In this document: piece by piece, positions 9,327 through 18,473 of the stretch
How positions within the stretch are numbered: the first letter of the stretch is position 1
How the letters are laid out: each line of letters starts with the position of its first letter
Virus record (IMG/VR): IMGVR_UViG_3300025098_000014
Reading direction: 5' to 3' (one strand)
Origin: a virus
Length of the DNA stretch: 64,000 nt
Made by a program: the position numbers and the translations under genes
Notes under the pieces: generated by a model
Seen by the model: only the letters and a program-made list of their open reading frames with translations
What the model was told of the DNA's origin: nothing
Database searches by the model: none

Positions 9327-9487
9327 CTCGTAAATTCTTGAAGAAGATCTAGGACTTTATCTAGAGAATAGTGAGCACCGTCGTGCCATTGCCCAGGACG
9401 GGTATCATAATTACCATCATAAAGTTCATTCTTTAGCTTATAGACTCTCGCAAGAATATCGTTTTTTGTCACAGATCCATGAGGCAT
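9323..9487 (-). CDS. conserved small cyanophage protein
   Basis: Manual translation MPHGSVTKNDILARVYKLKNELY...WHDGAHYSLDKVLDLLQEFTR*; ATGA-coupled to the halogenase. Confidence 0.7.
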   Translation of the reverse strand: MPHGSVTKNDILARVYKLKNELYDGNYDTRPGQWHDGAHYSLDKVLDLLQEFTR

Positions 9488-9490
9488 AAT

Positions 9491-9754
9491 TTACATTCCA
9501 GGAATAGGAAGACCAGTTGTTTTGGGAAGAGAATCAGGAACAGCACCACCAGTCATACTAGGAATCTCTGGCATAGCACCATTGATCATACTAGGAAGTG
9601 CATCGGTTAATGCCTTTGTAATCTCTTCTGTTGCCTGTTCTTTTACCTTCTCAATCATAGCGTCTTTATTCAGATAAAGATACGCTCCGCCACCTACGAT
9701 AACCGTAGATACACCGAATGAAATGAGAGATAGAACATTAATTAGTTTTTGCAT
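9491..9754 (-). CDS. conserved membrane-anchored cyanophage protein
   Basis: MQKLINVL..TM helix..GGGAYLY, Pro-rich tail. Confidence 0.75.
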   Translation of the reverse strand: MQKLINVLSLISFGVSTVIVGGGAYLYLNKDAMIEKVKEQATEEITKALTDALPSMINGAMPEIPSMTGGAVPDSLPKTTGLPIPGM

Positions 9755-9762
9755 TCCCCTAC

Positions 9763-9790
9763 AAAAAAGGACACCTTATATAGGTGCCCC
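9763..9790 (-). terminator. Rho-independent terminator
   Basis: GGGCACCT-ATATA-AGGTGTCC-TTTTTT. Confidence 0.75.
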
Positions 9791-9799
9791 TTCATTATA

Positions 9800-10327
9800 C
9801 TACAGCAGATCTTTTAATTGTTTATACATGTTTTCAGGTGAAGACACTTCGTAAGGATCCTCTAGCAAATTGTTTTCTTTGCCAGGTTCTTCTAACATTA
9901 ATTTAATCTCTGCATCCTCAACATAACAAGAGTATCTCCAAGAACGAATACCAAATCCTATACATTCTTTCTTGACACGCATACCCATTTTTTCAGCAAA
10001 ATATGCATTGCCATCGGGGAGCATCTCTACATTTTTAATATCTAGAGACTTTGCCCAGGCTTCCATTACATAGTCGTCATTGACACTGGTGCAATAAATT
10101 GCATCAATGCCAAAGTCCTTTGCAAATTTATCAAAAAGCAAATCGTATGTAGGAAGCATTTCGTTTGAACATGTAGGAGTAAATGCTCCTGGCACTCCAA
10201 ACAAAATTACTTTCTTATTAATAAAGAAAAATGGAGAGTCTTGATACACTGGGGGTTCCAAGTTTCCATCTTCATCAGGGATAACAGATCCTTGAAGAAT
10301 AAATTCAGAGAAAGGAATACGATTCAT
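9800..10327 (-). CDS. peroxiredoxin (Prx5 / type II)
   Basis: PGAFTPTCS peroxidatic motif, SVNDDYVM.AW, LPDGN, GFGIRSWRY. Confidence 0.93.
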   Translation of the reverse strand: MNRIPFSEFILQGSVIPDEDGNLEPPVYQDSPFFFINKKVILFGVPGAFTPTCSNEMLPTYDLLFDKFAKDFGIDAIYCTSVNDDYVMEAWAKSLDIKNVEMLPDGNAYFAEKMGMRVKKECIGFGIRSWRYSCYVEDAEIKLMLEEPGKENNLLEDPYEVSSPENMYKQLKDLL

Positions 10328-10328
10328 G

Positions 10329-10442
10329 TTAGATAGGTTGCATTAGTCCACCACCGGGACCATCATCATCACCGCCATCCATATCAGTGAGCACCGAGTT
10401 AATAACAAAAGCGCAAATCATACAGATAGATAGTAGAAGCAT
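10329..10442 (-). CDS. small membrane peptide with DDDGPGGG motif
   Basis: Manual translation MLLLSICMICAFVINSVLTDMDGGDDDGPGGGLMQPI*; TAATG-coupled to hli. Confidence 0.65.
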   Translation of the reverse strand: MLLLSICMICAFVINSVLTDMDGGDDDGPGGGLMQPI

Positions 10443-10561
10443 TATAGTATACCAGGAATGATCTGTCCAGTGGTCAAGTAAGTGCCAACAGCAATGACAA
10501 ATCCAAGCATTGCCAAACGAGAGTTGAGGAGCTCTGCCTCAGGGGTGAATCCGAATTTCAT
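10442..10561 (-). CDS. hli: high-light-inducible protein
   Basis: Manual translation MKFGFTPEAELLNSRLAMLGFVIAVGTYLTTGQIIPGIL*; ExxNxRxAM plus TGQIIPG. Confidence 0.93.
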   Translation of the reverse strand: MKFGFTPEAELLNSRLAMLGFVIAVGTYLTTGQIIPGIL

Positions 10562-10794
10562 GATTGTTCCTCTAGTGTAAGATAAAATTTAGTTTGATCT
10601 ACTGGCAATTTTGATGCCGGATCGTAGATAGATGAATCGCCATAAGTTTTATGGTCTTTGTATCCAACCATACGACCTTTCGTATTTTGGAGTGCTGCCA
10701 TCATAGCAATGATGAGAAAGATTGCTGGTGGTCCAATGATAAGAGCCCCACCAATCACATAGTAAGTGAGTAATTCAATTAAAGAAGTTTCCAT
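10558..10794 (-). CDS. small membrane hypothetical protein
   Basis: TM segment; coupled between two hli genes. Confidence 0.7.
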   Translation of the reverse strand: METSLIELLTYYVIGGALIIGPPAIFLIIAMMAALQNTKGRMVGYKDHKTYGDSSIYDPASKLPVDQTKFYLTLEEQS

Positions 10795-11004
10795 TCAAAG
10801 GATACCAAAAAAGAAGTTGCCGGTGATAGCATACGAAATGAATCCTGCGACAATGCCCATCATAGCATAACGACCGTTAAGTTTTTCAGATCTCTCTGCA
10901 TATGTCTCAAGACCATAACGCTCTGCGTCTGTCTCGGAGATATACATTCTAGGTTCAGTAGCATACATGTTTGTACGACCACCATCTTCAGTTGTTACGG
11001 TCAT
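10795..11004 (-). CDS. hli: high-light-inducible protein
   Basis: GRTNMYATEP...EKLNGRYAMMG chlorophyll-binding motif. Confidence 0.92.
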   Translation of the reverse strand: MTVTTEDGGRTNMYATEPRMYISETDAERYGLETYAERSEKLNGRYAMMGIVAGFISYAITGNFFFGIL

Positions 11005-11060
11005 GTTACACTCCGTTATAAATCTTTACATATTATATAGGAAATATAAGATCCTGTCAA
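11005..11060 (-). promoter_or_regulatory. hli promoter (TTGACA-N17-TATAAT) with HLR1-like direct repeats
   Basis: -35 at 11055-11060, -10 at 11032-11037; GTTACACT/GTTATAAA/TTTACATA at 11005, 11015, 11025. Confidence 0.7.
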
Positions 11061-11061
11061 G

Positions 11062-11271
11062 TCAATAATCCATGTTACCACCATAACGGATGCAAGTCTT
11101 TTTGTTTTCTGCTGATGACCTACACCACTGTCTCACATAAGCATCTGCATCTCTACTCATGGAGAAGTGTGCATGGTTGTGGAGCATCCCAATCATAATC
11201 AACACTCCAATAGACATCACATTAAAGTGTGTAGCAGGATGAGTGACGATCTTTACAAAATAATTTCGCAT
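11062..11271 (-). CDS. hypothetical cyanophage protein
   Basis: Start adjusted to MRNYF; TM segment then HNHAH...WC...C. Confidence 0.65.
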   Translation of the reverse strand: MRNYFVKIVTHPATHFNVMSIGVLIMIGMLHNHAHFSMSRDADAYVRQWCRSSAENKKTCIRYGGNMDY

Positions 11272-11297
11272 AAAAAAGGGGATGCCGTCGCACCCCC
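11272..11297 (-). terminator. Rho-independent terminator
   Basis: GGGGTGC-GACG-GCATCCC-TTTTTT. Confidence 0.75.
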
Positions 11298-11335
11298 AGT
11301 ATAACATCTAGATATTTACTTGTCTATATGAACAA

Positions 11336-11707
11336 TCAGAAGTTGTACTTGACGCCCAACTTAGCTCCATATCCACGGTCAAGATCTTCGTCACCAGAAC
11401 CGATGAACGATACTTCACCATATGCACCGAGGTTGTCGGTGACAGCGAGTCCAAGACCAGCTTTACCTGAGGGAACCGTATCGCTCTCGCCACTGTCAGG
11501 GGAGACTACACTAGCGCCGCCTTGAACATAGTACGAAGCGGACTCACCGAGTGCGCCTTCATATCCTACATGAAGATCTGTCGTGGTCGAATTGTAGTCG
11601 GATCCAGTCCAACCAGAATTAGCCTCGACATTGACATAGGGTCCTGCAAAGACAGCGCCAGCAGAAGCAAACAGAGCAGCGGTGGCTGCGAATACAGATT
11701 TAAACAT
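11336..11707 (-). CDS. small outer-membrane beta-barrel-like protein
   Basis: Signal peptide, alternating beta strands, C-terminal GAKLGVKYNF (terminal Phe OMP signature). Confidence 0.75.
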   Translation of the reverse strand: MFKSVFAATAALFASAGAVFAGPYVNVEANSGWTGSDYNSTTTDLHVGYEGALGESASYYVQGGASVVSPDSGESDTVPSGKAGLGLAVTDNLGAYGEVSFIGSGDEDLDRGYGAKLGVKYNF

Positions 11708-11809
11708 TTGAAAATTCCTTTAAGTATATCTCGTGGAGTATCCCACGGATGATAGAGAGATCGACATTCTCTCGCTTTAGATACGAACTGTCACATGTGA
11801 CAGTTGTAA

Positions 11810-11817
11810 TATTTATA
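11810..11817 (-). promoter_or_regulatory. T4-type late promoter
   Basis: TATAAATA upstream of the OMP-like gene leader. Confidence 0.7.
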
Positions 11818-11821
11818 CATG

Positions 11822-12619
11822 TTACTTCCCTTCAAAACCAGGAGGAAGTCTGCCAAGGTAGGGATTGAGATCAAAGAATTGATTCCAATCCTCAACCATA
11901 TTAGCATCATTCTTCCAAAAGTTCCAGAGGGCATCATGACATTGACGATGATATACATCAACATGAATGTTATGAATATCTGACCCAAGTGCAATCTTAT
12001 ACATGAGTATAGGCATTGCGTAGGTCATCCCGCTATTGTAGATGAGATCATCTGCAACTGCACGGGGTTTTATTCTACCATCTAACTTGTACTTCCCTTT
12101 CCTTGTGTAAAGGTCTAGTAACTTTTGCCCGTATCTACGATTGATAACATAAGCAGCCGTTGAGAAGTCGTTAATGAACCTGTAGTGCATTTGCATTACA
12201 GGGACAGCAGGATTGATGATTGCAATTTGGAGACAGTCCCATGCAGCAGGTGCATTACGGAAGAAGTCTTTCCAAGAGAATGGCCAATGCTTGACCACAT
12301 CAAGATCGCAATCATCTTCCATCATTATAGCATACTCTTCTTCAGAGTTGCTCAACCAATGATGGATAGCCTTGAGATGAGATGTGACGCATCCAATCTC
12401 GCCCGAAGACATGTTGTCGGGGTACTTCCCTGCAATGATGTCACTAAGATCATCATCACGACCATCATAAGCAGAAATCCTAGTGTTTTCTACTTCCCAA
12501 TAGGCAAATTGATTCTCCATCCACTGACGGCGATCGTCTTTGCCATCAAGATTCAACCAATAGACATGGGGCAAATCTTTTAACTTGTGTACTGATTTAT
12601 TTTTGTCCATGCTTGGCAA
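11822..12619 (-). CDS. glycosyltransferase family 25
   Basis: YWLNLD..DDRR, SAYDG, GEIGCVTSH, IMMEDD, STAAYVI. Confidence 0.88.
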   Translation of the reverse strand: MPSMDKNKSVHKLKDLPHVYWLNLDGKDDRRQWMENQFAYWEVENTRISAYDGRDDDLSDIIAGKYPDNMSSGEIGCVTSHLKAIHHWLSNSEEEYAIMMEDDCDLDVVKHWPFSWKDFFRNAPAAWDCLQIAIINPAVPVMQMHYRFINDFSTAAYVINRRYGQKLLDLYTRKGKYKLDGRIKPRAVADDLIYNSGMTYAMPILMYKIALGSDIHNIHVDVYHRQCHDALWNFWKNDANMVEDWNQFFDLNPYLGRLPPGFEGK

Positions 12620-13550
12620 TCACTTTCTGTACATTAGGAAGATAATGCTTCTGTAAGACTGATGTCCAGTCAAACTCTTTTGCATACTCTAGAATTTCTT
12701 CACGATGGGATACCGAGTACTCCCGATTCTTAATTATAGCATACTCTACGAATTCTACATCATCAATCTTAGATTCTGGGATGACTGTGATGAATTCCCT
12801 ATCAGTATCAAGGTTTGCTTGAGCGAACTCGCTTACTACTACACCAAGACCAGAAGCAAAGGCTTCCATAATGACGAGAGAGTGTGCCTCACCGTCAGAT
12901 AGAAGGACAAGGTTGCCATAATCAGTTAGATAATCATGAAGATACTCCTTCTTCCATTCACCAAGATAGTTCTTGTTAGGATTAAATTTCTTATCTGCAA
13001 TATTACCAGCAAAGAACAAACTATCAATAGACTGAAACTTATGCTGACGCTTACGATAATCAACCTTAGCAAGGTAGATACTACGATCAGGAAACTCTGG
13101 AGTATCAGTAGTACGGAACAACTCTAAGTTGACACCATTAGGTACGATGTATAATTTATCCTTAGGGATATCCCCAAGGATATGATATGCTTTCTGAATA
13201 CCTTCAGAGAGACAGAATACATTTGGTCGGGTCTTCTGAAACTGACCAAAGATCTGCCCATACCCATTCATCTTATGGGACTGCTCAAGGTAGGCGAAGT
13301 GAGTTGTACATGCACAAGGGTACTGCACATAAGGATAGAGAACAACCCAGTCATCATAATGAATATGTACGAAGTCAGGACGAAATTCATTGATCCTTTT
13401 GATGATCTCTCTAGGACTTGAGATATTAATGATGTCAACTTCATGTCCCAGTTTATTTAAGGTAAGTTTATAGTCCCAGATTAAACTTTCTACTGCACCC
13501 CAACCTACTGGAGGGATAGCAGTAGCTGGTCCAATAATAGAAAATCTCAT
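12597..13550 (-). CDS. GT-B glycosyltransferase (GT4-like)
   Basis: IPPVGWGAVE, LGHEVDII, IVPNGV, EAHSLVIMEAFASG. Confidence 0.85.
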   Translation of the reverse strand: MRFSIIGPATAIPPVGWGAVESLIWDYKLTLNKLGHEVDIINISSPREIIKRINEFRPDFVHIHYDDWVVLYPYVQYPCACTTHFAYLEQSHKMNGYGQIFGQFQKTRPNVFCLSEGIQKAYHILGDIPKDKLYIVPNGVNLELFRTTDTPEFPDRSIYLAKVDYRKRQHKFQSIDSLFFAGNIADKKFNPNKNYLGEWKKEYLHDYLTDYGNLVLLSDGEAHSLVIMEAFASGLGVVVSEFAQANLDTDREFITVIPESKIDDVEFVEYAIIKNREYSVSHREEILEYAKEFDWTSVLQKHYLPNVQKVIAKHGQK

Positions 13551-14509
13551 AATAACGATTGCAACTTCGGAATGTATTCATAAGCAAGAATGTTTTCAAG
13601 ACCGAACTGGTTAATGCCGTATTCTCTGATCTCTTTTCTATGCTGCTTCGATACTTTTTTATTATTCTCAATCACATTGAGAATGTAATCGATATTATTT
13701 ATTTTACTTTCTGGGATGACATCAATCCAAGGTTTTGATGTATCAAGTTCAGGAGTAATAGCTTCTGAACACACAACTCCTAGTCCACAAATAAGTCCTT
13801 CCTTAATTACAAGAGGGGTTGTATTTTCAACCTCACTTAGAAGAGCAATATTTGAGTAGCAAGTAATGAAGTCGTTGAGTTTTTCTCTAACAACTTCTCC
13901 TTTATAGTTTTTATTTTTACCATCAAACTTACCACCAAACTCCATGCGACCCATGAAATCAACAGTATCTATACCTTCTAGAAGATACTGACGCTTACGA
14001 TCTACAATTTGAGAGAAGCACAATGTTCTATCCCAACTAGCAAACTCATCGAACTTATATGGATAAGGACGAACACCAAGTTTACTCAACCAAACACGGT
14101 TGGGATTAGCTCCAAGTTCTGTCCAAGTATCCATATCTTTCTGCGAAGAGCAGAAGATATGAAAGTTTCTATTGGCAGCATAACTCTCAGCCACAGGTCC
14201 ATAACCATCTCTACCCCACATGTGAGGAGTATTGACATATGGATAGTGACTAGAGACAATCAATGCCTTACACAAAGGAACTAAGTCTTTAATAATGTCA
14301 TGGAAGACATCGTAATGTAGGTGAACTACATCATACTTACCATGCTCTACTTCAAATTTAATTAGTTCTCTATCTGGAGTGTTGATAATCTCAACACGAT
14401 GTCCAAGTTCTCTAAGAATTACAGTGTAATCCCAGATCAACATTTCAACAGCACCCCAACCATCGGGTGGGATTTCCATAATACCAGGACCAACTAAAGC
14501 GATCTTCAT
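13547..14509 (-). CDS. GT-B glycosyltransferase (GT4-like), paralog of the neighbouring gene
   Basis: IPPDGWGAVE, LGHRVEII, ENTTPLVIKEGLICG. Confidence 0.82.
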   Translation of the reverse strand: MKIALVGPGIMEIPPDGWGAVEMLIWDYTVILRELGHRVEIINTPDRELIKFEVEHGKYDVVHLHYDVFHDIIKDLVPLCKALIVSSHYPYVNTPHMWGRDGYGPVAESYAANRNFHIFCSSQKDMDTWTELGANPNRVWLSKLGVRPYPYKFDEFASWDRTLCFSQIVDRKRQYLLEGIDTVDFMGRMEFGGKFDGKNKNYKGEVVREKLNDFITCYSNIALLSEVENTTPLVIKEGLICGLGVVCSEAITPELDTSKPWIDVIPESKINNIDYILNVIENNKKVSKQHRKEIREYGINQFGLENILAYEYIPKLQSLL

Positions 14510-15345
14510 TGGTAATCCTCCCAATACATAGTTTTTTTAATTTGATCAATGAACCCAGGACTATGAAACTTCAGTGAATCTACATTCTCACATGCACTAT
14601 GGAATGCAAAGATCTTTTTATACTCATCTTCCTGTGGATTCTTTCCACAAAAAATACCGTCTTCCAATTTCAAGTCTTGCTGATCAGCTGCAGCACAATG
14701 ATTAAAAGATCCATTGGTAAACTTATATCCACCAACTTCATTTAAAGTAAGACAAAGAATCAGTTCATCAGTCACCCCATTATGAGTACCAGATTTACCA
14801 AAGATGTCCTCAAAGATTTCATTGTATCTTACAAACAATTTATCATGCTTGTCTTTCTGAAACAAGAAAGCACCTGAAGCTCCATAAACATATTCAGAAT
14901 GATCATCAGGTAGATAATTTGCCATTCCGGTTCTATCTACAATTACATTTCTAAAGTAATCTTCAAGAGTAGGAACCCACCAATGACGGGTGAGTAAGAA
15001 ATCATCTTCTGCTTCTTCGATTAGTTCATCAACACGGTCATTGACAATAACACAATCAGTGTCAAGGTAAATGCAATGATCTGTTTCTACATGCTTATAA
15101 AGATTGTACCGCTCCTTCCAGATGTGTGGTTGGAACCAGTTGCGATCATCTTCATTCTCTACTTTCTCAGCCTTACCACTAACAATTTTTACTTTAGGAT
15201 CGTCAATCTCCAGACGATCTTCCATGTCAATGATAAGAATTTCATGATCTTGTTTAATACGCTCAAGAGACTCACATGCTCTCATGAGATTGGTGTAATA
15301 CTTATCGTCACCACCAACGATAAAACCAAAGGTTAATTTACTCAT
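14506..15345 (-). CDS. GT-A glycosyltransferase (GT8-like)
   Basis: IYLDTDC DxD motif, ASGAFLF, TDELIL. Confidence 0.7.
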   Translation of the reverse strand: MSKLTFGFIVGGDDKYYTNLMRACESLERIKQDHEILIIDMEDRLEIDDPKVKIVSGKAEKVENEDDRNWFQPHIWKERYNLYKHVETDHCIYLDTDCVIVNDRVDELIEEAEDDFLLTRHWWVPTLEDYFRNVIVDRTGMANYLPDDHSEYVYGASGAFLFQKDKHDKLFVRYNEIFEDIFGKSGTHNGVTDELILCLTLNEVGGYKFTNGSFNHCAAADQQDLKLEDGIFCGKNPQEDEYKKIFAFHSACENVDSLKFHSPGFIDQIKKTMYWEDYQ

Positions 15346-16274
15346 AGCAATTTAAGGAGTCCGTTTATACGATTGACATATGTATGATGCTCTTTAGTGT
15401 AATTCATCTGCCTGAGAATAAGTTCTTTGTCGTCCTTATACTTCAGACCAGTCTCAAAAAGATCACCAATGCTTTCCCTACAGATAACTTCAGGTCCAGC
15501 AAAGGCAGCAAGTTTGGGAGAATTAGTAAGACCAAGATGACCATAACTCATAGACTTAAAAACTCTACAGGTTTTAGTACCCCATCTTTTATGAGTATCA
15601 TTCCTGAGATCTGGATTCATAAAAGACTTCTGCATGAGATCTCTCATAACAGATCCATCTAAAGGATTAGTCCATGGATTAGACCATGCAGTCTTGACTC
15701 CTATTTTAGCACACAATGTTCCAAACTCTTGGATTAAGTGAGCATTCTTAAAGCGTCCTTCATGAGAGATACTTCCAATGAAATAGAAGACATCATCTCT
15801 TGGAATGTTTATCCACTCTTCATCAAATTCTTCAGGCATAAGATCAGTTGCCCATGCAATATAGGCAATCTCATATCCCTTATCTCTAGATGACAAACGA
15901 TCAACACATACACCTGTGTCTAGCTCTTCAAAATCATTCAGGTCATGGTGAAACTCATAGTTATCCTTGTCCATACTATCTTGATGATAGCGCATGTCAA
16001 TTAGTTTCTTACAATTACCAAGATACTTTTCTGGATTAACACAGACATGCACATAATATACACAACTTGCTAGAACTGGAATGTTCTTGTCAGCATATCC
16101 TTCGGTAAAAAATACGCAATCTTCATAATCAAAGTCTGAGTGATCAGGATATTCATCATCATGAAACCAATGAACTTGATGTCCCGATCTTTCTAGGGCT
16201 TTTTTAAATCCCTCATGAACATAAGAATATGTGTCAGAGTGTAAGGGATACCCCCATAGTACACACTTCATCAT
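15342..16274 (-). CDS. putative glycosyltransferase (CgeB / Glyco_trans_1_2-like C-terminus)
   Basis: FYFIGS, TCRVFKSMSYG, EHHTYVNRI. Confidence 0.65.
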   Translation of the reverse strand: MMKCVLWGYPLHSDTYSYVHEGFKKALERSGHQVHWFHDDEYPDHSDFDYEDCVFFTEGYADKNIPVLASCVYYVHVCVNPEKYLGNCKKLIDMRYHQDSMDKDNYEFHHDLNDFEELDTGVCVDRLSSRDKGYEIAYIAWATDLMPEEFDEEWINIPRDDVFYFIGSISHEGRFKNAHLIQEFGTLCAKIGVKTAWSNPWTNPLDGSVMRDLMQKSFMNPDLRNDTHKRWGTKTCRVFKSMSYGHLGLTNSPKLAAFAGPEVICRESIGDLFETGLKYKDDKELILRQMNYTKEHHTYVNRINGLLKLL

Positions 16275-16972
16275 ACCCTCCCGAGCATATAGTCTTCTGC
16301 TTTCTTAGTTTCACCAGTGACACATGTCATAGCATCAATAGTATGTGAAGGAACAAGATCGGGATGAGCCCACCAGTCTTCAAAAGGATGATCGTTATCA
16401 ACAGAGATATTGTCTGCAATCAATGTATAGCCATATGCCTGAAGATACTCACGAGAAGCATCTCTAACATCAGTACCGTCATTATACGCATCATGCTCAA
16501 ATGTAATTGTAGCGAACTTATACTTCTCTAGGTTAATTTTTTTGAGTGCTTCAAAGGTAACTGATGCAGGTTCACAATCTACCTGAAGATAATCAAAGTT
16601 AGGACCAATGCCCAGCTCTTCAAAGAGTTGATCAAAATCTGCAGTAGTAGCATCACCTACAGCAATCTTTGCACGGCGATGTTGATTGTATAGTTCTGCT
16701 TCATGCTCCTTGATTTCAAATCCAATACCATCCCATGCAAAACGAGACTCAAGAAGAGCAGTGTTGTTAGAGATTACTGGATGTCCTGCTCCAATTTCTA
16801 CAAAGGTTCCCTTAGGCATTCCATCAAGCATGCACAGGACAAACATATCCTGATAACACTGAGAGAAGTTCTGGTGACTCACCAGTTCAAGTCCATTGAA
16901 TTTGTAGCGCAGTTCATTTCCTTTATCTACAGTGAAAAAGGTTGGCATTTGCCATGCATTTGGGTCACTCAT
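16271..16972 (-). CDS. FkbM-like SAM methyltransferase
   Basis: SQCYQDMFV, GTFVEIGAG, NNTALLE..W.G, DYLQVDCE, ITFEHD. Confidence 0.8.
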   Translation of the reverse strand: MSDPNAWQMPTFFTVDKGNELRYKFNGLELVSHQNFSQCYQDMFVLCMLDGMPKGTFVEIGAGHPVISNNTALLESRFAWDGIGFEIKEHEAELYNQHRRAKIAVGDATTADFDQLFEELGIGPNFDYLQVDCEPASVTFEALKKINLEKYKFATITFEHDAYNDGTDVRDASREYLQAYGYTLIADNISVDNDHPFEDWWAHPDLVPSHTIDAMTCVTGETKKAEDYMLGRV

Positions 16973-17667
16973 GTTTGATAAGATGAATTATCTTTGGCTA
17001 GGTGTACAATTTTTCTTTGATAGGGATAGTCAGGATAGCATTCTGGGAATGCATAGTCTGGTGAGGCAGCAAACACCCTATCGTTATGTTCAATAAAGAA
17101 TCTATTGAGATGACTTTCATCATGCCATAGAGCAATTATATCATTACTATAATCTTTGTCAACTCTATCTCTCAAGAGTTTCATCATAGGAATGACTGCT
17201 TCCATTTTACCTCCCCATAGGCATCCTTGATAGTATTGAAGGGGTTGTCCTTTTATATAAGCCTCAGATTTAGGATTAGTTTCAAAGGTTCCTGTACCAG
17301 TCATGTAATGACATGGATGATGGACAGCAACAAAGTCCCTATCATCATCAAGAAGTTCTTCAGAGTAAACTACTGACTCAACTCTCATGTCAGCATCTAG
17401 GAAAAGTAACCAATCATGCTGCTTTAAAAGTTCTTCTGCCTGTAGGATCGTATGAAAGCGTTCCAATGTAATTGCAGGCCATTCCTTATGACTGATTTGA
17501 ACATGAGTAATGTTCTCAGGTATTTCTCCCCCAAGTTCTCCATCGGTAAAGACATAATATTGTTTTTTTAAATCAGGAAACAGGAGTTCTTCACAACTCT
17601 CATAATATTTTGGAAGAAAATCCAAATACTTATTTGTTCCGATGAAGATAATTGCTGCACTGATCAT
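16969..17667 (-). CDS. glycosyltransferase family 6 (alpha-1,3-Gal/GalNAc transferase)
   Basis: IFIGTNKY..F, YYVFTD, W...TLERF, FLDADM, HHP, YYQGCLWGG, WHDESHLN. Confidence 0.9.
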   Translation of the reverse strand: MISAAIIFIGTNKYLDFLPKYYESCEELLFPDLKKQYYVFTDGELGGEIPENITHVQISHKEWPAITLERFHTILQAEELLKQHDWLLFLDADMRVESVVYSEELLDDDRDFVAVHHPCHYMTGTGTFETNPKSEAYIKGQPLQYYQGCLWGGKMEAVIPMMKLLRDRVDKDYSNDIIALWHDESHLNRFFIEHNDRVFAASPDYAFPECYPDYPYQRKIVHLAKDNSSYQT

Positions 17668-18473
17668 AGAATTTGCCATCCCTCACAATATAAATCTTTG
17701 GTATTATTAGTTTGATCCAAAGGAGGTCCAAACCATTTTGATGGAGCGACAACTTTCTTGTGTTCGTTAGTAGAAAGCCATGCTCCCCACCAACTAAAAG
17801 AACTATTAGCAATAATAAAATCACTGCAGAGAGTCATCATACAAAGATCAAGGTACTGATCATTTGTTTCAGAAACTAGGAATCTATCATTATTAAAAGT
17901 CGATTCCTGTAAACACCATTCTGGATCGTCTGAGAATATAATTACTTCCCGGTCAGAATCAAATAGTGTTAACGCTTCCTTATAGTAATTTATATCACAA
18001 ATAGGATGGTGATCATAATGATTGTAATCTGTACGACGGATGTGCAGAGCAATAGGATTTGTCACATCCTTAATCATCCTCTTACAAGGTTCTAGATATT
18101 CGTCAGTAAATGTAAAATCTTTTAAGAGATCATCTCTAACATTATTAAAATATTTTTCTGATTGAAAAAATCCCAGCAAGCTCACAAAGTCTGGACAATT
18201 ATTAAAAAGGTTTTCATCAAAGTGATAAAACTCCTCTCTAACAACAGGACGAGAAGAATCAATGTATTGAACTTGAAGAGGGTTCAAAGAATTTAAATTA
18301 AAAGGAACAAACAACTGGTGCTCATTCCACTCATCCGCATTACTTTTGAAATTTGATGGGGGAACACAATAATTAAACCCCCGATTAGCAGCAATACCTT
18401 TTACTGCAGCATACTGAAACATTTGATTGGCAAGACGCTCTTTCATCTTACCAACATAATTAATACCAATCAT
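17664..18473 (-). CDS. alpha-1,2-fucosyltransferase (GT11)
   Basis: RLANQMFQYA, GFFQSEKYF, HIRRTDY, FSDDPEW, IIANSSFSWWGAWL. Confidence 0.92.
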   Translation of the reverse strand: MIGINYVGKMKERLANQMFQYAAVKGIAANRGFNYCVPPSNFKSNADEWNEHQLFVPFNLNSLNPLQVQYIDSSRPVVREEFYHFDENLFNNCPDFVSLLGFFQSEKYFNNVRDDLLKDFTFTDEYLEPCKRMIKDVTNPIALHIRRTDYNHYDHHPICDINYYKEALTLFDSDREVIIFSDDPEWCLQESTFNNDRFLVSETNDQYLDLCMMTLCSDFIIANSSFSWWGAWLSTNEHKKVVAPSKWFGPPLDQTNNTKDLYCEGWQIL

